From: an uncultured delta proteobacterium | Lineage (GTDB): Bacteria; Desulfobacterota; DSM-4660; Desulfatiglandales; HGW-15 | Length of the DNA: 54,996 nucleotides | Direction: 5' to 3' | Assembly (NCBI GenBank): GCA_963776085.1 | Contig: CAVZMS010000062.1 | Span: 1-54,996, forward strand | Part shown: positions 50,615 to 54,996 of the stretch, one piece after another | Layout: every line of letters starts with the position of its first letter | Position numbering within the stretch: position 1 is the first letter of the stretch | The notes under the pieces: model-generated | What the model saw: the letters and a program-made list of their open reading frames with translations, nothing else | Database searches by the model: none | What the model was told of the DNA's origin: nothing | Position numbers and translations under genes: made by a program

Positions 50615-50706
50615 TTGAATGTTGAATTTCCAATATTGAATTATAAATTTTGAAGTGAAGAGTAGACTTCAAGATTCAAGATTCCCTGTTCAACATTCAA
50701 CATTCA
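50615..50706. repeat. Heptamer-built palindromic intergenic repeat, second copy
   Basis: Shares ACTTCAAGATT.AA.ATTCCCTGTTCAACATTCAACATT with 37844-37882. Confidence 0.75.
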
Positions 50707-50768
50707 TTAGTTATGCTGCAAGGCTTTCTGTAGCAGAGCGATTCATCGTAGCTGAGAGGTCATAGCGA

Positions 50769-52045
50769 ATGTGCAGACCAATACCCATAAAAAACACTAA
50801 TCTTAAACAGTTGATTGCATCCATACTTTTTATGTCTGCCGTCCTCGGCGTATTTTTAACTCCCGCATCTGCATTTTATAAATGGCAGGGAGATGGAGCC
50901 AACATCGACCTTCGCGGTATGTTGCAGATCTATGGCACTGCCTATAGATATCCTGAAAATACTGTTTTTTATCAAGACCGCAATAGATCCGGTCTAGGGG
51001 GATTGGCGCGTCTTATTATGAAGGCGCAGATCGGAGATAACTTAAGTCTTGAGGCTGATGCCTACCAGACCTATATCCCTGAAGTGCTCCTGACCGGCCA
51101 GACGGCTCTAATGTTACGATCCAGGATGTGGAAAGAAGTTCGGCACTGGAATGGAGTCTGAGCGACAGAAACTACGTCCATACTGCCATAGACAGGTTCA
51201 ACATCCGATGGTCCAGAGATCGTCTTGATCTTATCCTGGGACGTCAACCCATAAACCTGGCAACCACGTTCTATTTTTCACCAAACGACTTCTTTGCCCC
51301 TTTCGCGGCCCAGGTATTCTATCGCGTGTACAAGCCCGGTGTCGATGCACTGAGGGCAGAGGTGCGGCTGGGCGACCTTTCGCAACTATCCCTGATAAGC
51401 GTCCTTGGCTACGACCGGGATCCTGATAGTGACACTGGGTGGAGCGATACCCCGGCAGGCAGTCGCACATCCCATATCGGCCGGGTCTCCACTGTATTCA
51501 AGGATTTCGAGTGGGCATTATTAGGCGGGACACTGGGTGACAGCGATGTCGTAGGCGGCTCCCTGCAGGGTGACGTTTTTCAGTGGTTAGGCATTCGGGC
51601 TGAGGGTCATATCCGTTATCCGGATGATTTGCCGCATGGATCCTATACCGAATTTACCGTTGGTCTGGAACACCATTGGGAAAACAGCCTGGATGTGAGG
51701 CTGGAATATTTCTATCACGGCAGCGGTCTTGGAGCTGGCTACGATTATTCCATCATACCGGCCCTTTTAAGAGGCAGGAGCGCATATCTGGGCAGAAATT
51801 ACACGGCCCTTGGCCTGGGATATGAGTTTACGCCGCTATTAAACGGCCAGATGTCGTGGATAGCCAACCTGGATGACAATTCCGGTCTTTGTTCATTTAA
51901 TGCCGTATACTCCCTGTCAAACGAGGCAGAGCTTGCAGTGAACCTCGGCCTACCATTCGGCAAAAGGCCTGAAGGAACCCGGATCAGGAGCGAATTCGGC
52001 CTGTATCCATACTCGATTAATCTGGAAGTTCGATACTATTTTTAG
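50769..52045 (+). CDS. Probable outer-membrane beta-barrel partner of the ABC operon (frameshifted)
   Basis: Signal peptide, GRQPI, P.D.F.PF, KPGVDALR, C-terminal YYF. Confidence 0.7.
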
Positions 52046-52051
52046 GCCTTT

Positions 52052-52264
52052 TTAAACCTTATGCACGCCCTCCATCTTCTTAAATCTATCCTCCAATAAC
52101 TCCCCCCCTACCCCCACATTCTCGGCCGGCAATTCTACGAGATAAACGACAAAGGCAGGTTTTTCTATCCCCGTTATCTTGCTGGCTGTTTCGGTAAAAG
52201 ATCTGACCATCTCCCTGCTTTTCCTTTTATCTAATTTTGGGCCATAGAAAAATATTGTCGGCAT
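52052..52264 (-). CDS. 4-oxalocrotonate tautomerase family protein (DmpI-like)
   Basis: N-terminal Pro, ENVGVGGELL. Confidence 0.88.
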   Translation of the reverse strand: MPTIFFYGPKLDKRKSREMVRSFTETASKITGIEKPAFVVYLVELPAENVGVGGELLEDRFKKMEGVHKV

Positions 52265-52306
52265 AACGCCTCACCTCCTTATTATTAAAAGTCGATACAA
52301 CGTAGA

Positions 52307-53663
52307 TTATATATGCAAAACATAATACCTAAGCCAGACATAGATCATGCAGATGATGACCGACTCGATCATAAGCGGCATGCCGTAGAGCATCCACTGT
52401 CTGAAGGGTATGGGGTGCCCCATCTTTTCCGCCATACCGCAGACGACGACATTGGCGGAGGCCCCGATAGCTGTCCCGTTCCCGCCGAGGCAGGCGCCCA
52501 GCGCAAGCGACCACCACAGGGGCATTAGATCCGGATGGTGGAGGAGTGTCTCGACACCGGTGAGATTCGGCCAGAACTGCTGCGCCATATTGATGATCAG
52601 AGGGTTCATCGTGGCGACGATAAGGGATATTATCAATGAACGCCGATGCAAAGGCAGAGAACCACATGACGATCATGCTCATACCAAAAAAATTACCATG
52701 GGAAAGATCGAGCACCTTGATGGCCATCCATTTGATGAGGCCTACCTTCACGACAGCGCCAATGATAATAAAGAGGCCGATAATGAAGAAGATAGTGCCC
52801 CATTCCGCCTCCGCAAGGACATGGCGGGGATCTTTCATCCCGGAAACGAGGAGGAGGATGCAGGCGCCGGTCAGCGCTATGGTCGCCAGTTCCAGGTTCA
52901 GGGCGCCGTGGGCCACAAATCCGGTTATTGTTATCGCCAGGACCACGAGAGATTTCCTCAGAAGCACAGGATCCTTGATCGACTTGTTCTCATCCATTGC
53001 CATAAGCTTCTGCCGCAGTTCTTCTCTGACGACCATCTTCCTGCCGAAGATAAACTTGATGCTGATGATAAACGCGATCAACACCACGATGATTACAGGT
53101 GACAGGTTGTAAATAAAGGGTATAAATCCTAGATGGGCCTTGGAGCCGATCATGATCATCGGAGGGTTGCCGTCCCCCCGATATTAGAAGCGAGGGCCTC
53201 TGTGAGGAGAAACGGGACAACATCCAGCTCAAGGGCCTGGCAGAGGACGAGTGTCACAGGAGCGATAAGGAGGACGCGGTGACATTATCCAGAAATGCCG
53301 AGGCCACCGCCGTTATAATGGAGAAGATCGCCATGATCATGAAAGGCTGTCCCTTGCCGACCTTGGCGCCCTTGATGGCGAGGTTACTCAAAACAGCCCG
53401 TAGGCCTCATGATATTGATAATGACCATCATGCCGATCAAGAGAAAGATCACGTTCCAGTCGACACCGAGATCTATGGAATGTAAAGGCCTCTTCCTGTG
53501 AGAGGATGCCCACGACAATCAGCACGGCCGCGCCGAAAAGGGCAATAATAGTCTTATGTATCTTATCCCAGATGATAAGACCGTACGCTAAAAGAAATAC
53601 GATTGTGGCAATCCAGAAGGAGGTTCCCATAACAATCTGATTGGCAACGGTTTCGTGCGTCAT
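52307..53663 (-). CDS. ArsB/NhaD family ion transporter (multiple frameshifts)
   Basis: [30 protein letters not shown]. Confidence 0.85.
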
Positions 53664-53885
53664 TTTACATCTCCATTATCTTCCTCAATCATCACTTTAT
53701 TTCTGTCTCCCGCTTTCCATTCTCTTCAAGGCAGGCGCCCCCTAACTGGAAGCGACAGGATTTTGCCCTCTGTCAGATACACCTGTCAATAAAAAAACAG
53801 TAGTAAATTATAGGAGAATTGTATGATTCTGCCAACTTAATTGGGAATGCTGGGATTTTTATCCAGGTCGAGGTTGGAGCCCTGT

Positions 53886-54639
53886 TTACATGGGCTTATT
53901 GCGCTTGTCGCGAATGTAGATTGATTTGGAATGACCGTCACTCTGTACCCTTTTATCCACATCGAAGAGTTTGATCGCTGCGGCGAGTTCGCCAAGTTTG
54001 CTGAAACCGTAGTTCCGCGGGTCAAACTCCGGGGCCTGCTTGGCGATATTACTGCCCACAGTGCCCAGATGAGCCCATCCGCTCTCGTCGGAAGCCGCCT
54101 CAAGAGCGGATCGGAGAAGTGTTACCAGTTTGGTATCTCTTTTCAGCTCGTTTGCGGTCTTCGGTTTAACGGCAGTGTCGGCATTATCCTGGAACCGAAG
54201 GACTTCGGTGAAGATAAATTTGTCGCAGGCGGATACAAAAGCTTTTGGAGTCTTCTTCTCCCCGAATCCGTACACGAGCAGACCTTCCTCCCTGATGCGT
54301 GAGGCAAGACGAGTGAAGTCACTGTCACTGGATACTAGACAGAATCCGTCAAAGCGTTTCGTATAGAGCAAGTCCATTGCATCTATTATCATTGCACTGT
54401 CTGTCGCATTCTTCCCCAAAGTATACCGAAACTGCTGAACCGGATGGATAGAGTGCTCCAGCAGGACGGACTTCCATCCGGTTAAGCTTGGGGTTGTCCA
54501 GTCGCCATAAATGCGCTTCACGCTTGCGACTGCCGTACTTTGCAACTTCAGACAGCAGGCCTTCCGTGATGGAAGGTTGTGCATTGTCAGCGTCAATAAG
54601 TACAGCAAGCCTGTTTTGAGATGTATCGATTACATCCAT
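53886..54639 (-). CDS. NYN domain protein with OST-HTH/LOTUS domain (5' frameshift)
   Basis: LAVLIDADN, GKNATD, VSSDSDF, FDPRNYGFSKL. Confidence 0.9.
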
Positions 54640-54735
54640 CTATTATTCTCCTTTGGCGCCTGCAAAGTTTCATGTGTATTTTTTCCAGTAAACCTGTGAT
54701 ACATATCTTCCCTAATTTCATGGAGAGGCCACACT

Positions 54736-54879
54736 TCAATCGGAATGCTTTTCCTCGTCAATGTCTTTTATAGTCTGATCCTTTTTCCCTTGCCGACGGG
54801 CCAGCTTTTCCTTCGCCTTTTTATCTCGCTTAAGCTCTTTCTGCAGCTTTTTAAAACTATAAGTATTGCGTTTGGCCAT
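54736..54879 (-). CDS. Small basic protein (47 aa), absent from the ORF track
   Basis: GGGAGG RBS then MAKRNTYSFKKLQKELKRDKKAKEKLARRQGKKDQTIKDIDEEKHSD. Confidence 0.65.
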   Translation of the reverse strand: MAKRNTYSFKKLQKELKRDKKAKEKLARRQGKKDQTIKDIDEEKHSD

Positions 54880-54996
54880 GATCCTCCCTTTTCAATTACT
54901 GTCCTTGATGCCGACTCTCAATTATACCCCATAGTAATATTAATAATCCGTCGGGAGATGTCAGGCTTGATCATCGATCCGGCTTATTAATAACGC

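Noticed and set aside
53690-53790. Riboswitch upstream of the ArsB/NhaD transporter
   Set aside because: GGGCAAAA resembles the c-di-GMP-I start but the rest of the motif is missing, and it overlaps a likely promoter
1-54996. Many split genes as pseudogenes or programmed frameshifts
   Set aside because: Breaks also hit dnaB and hflX, occur as scattered single-base indels and leave motifs intact; sequencing error is the simplest explanation

Overview
A 55 kb chromosomal window from an anaerobic bacterium. Gene content and intergenic repeats suggest Desulfobacterota/deltaproteobacteria (inference). Many genes are split by single-base frameshifts, most likely long-read consensus errors. The dominant structure is an integron: intI (17139-18158, minus) is co-oriented with a 16-cassette array lying downstream of it (attI near 17012, array about 5557-17012). 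About 8 kb away, past an rnz-like/suhB/rpsF/rpsR/rplI/dnaB/hflX/csp core block, a second integrase-less array (about 26506-33853, plus) points the opposite way, has its own entry site and shares attC families with the first. Cassette cargo includes three toxin-antitoxin pairs, an erythromycin-esterase-like protein, a core methionine-synthase-like enzyme, a minimal channel-like protein and several hydrolases. The right half has a divergent stand-alone GMP-synthase ATP-PPase gene next to hisF, GTP-PEPCK, ribF, tRNA-Leu(CAG), a LolCDE-like ABC operon, an ArsB/NhaD transporter and an NYN-LOTUS protein. It also has a roughly 300 bp repeated rod-shaped palindromic element with covarying arms (2 full copies, 1 partial) and several short-unit palindromic repeats.
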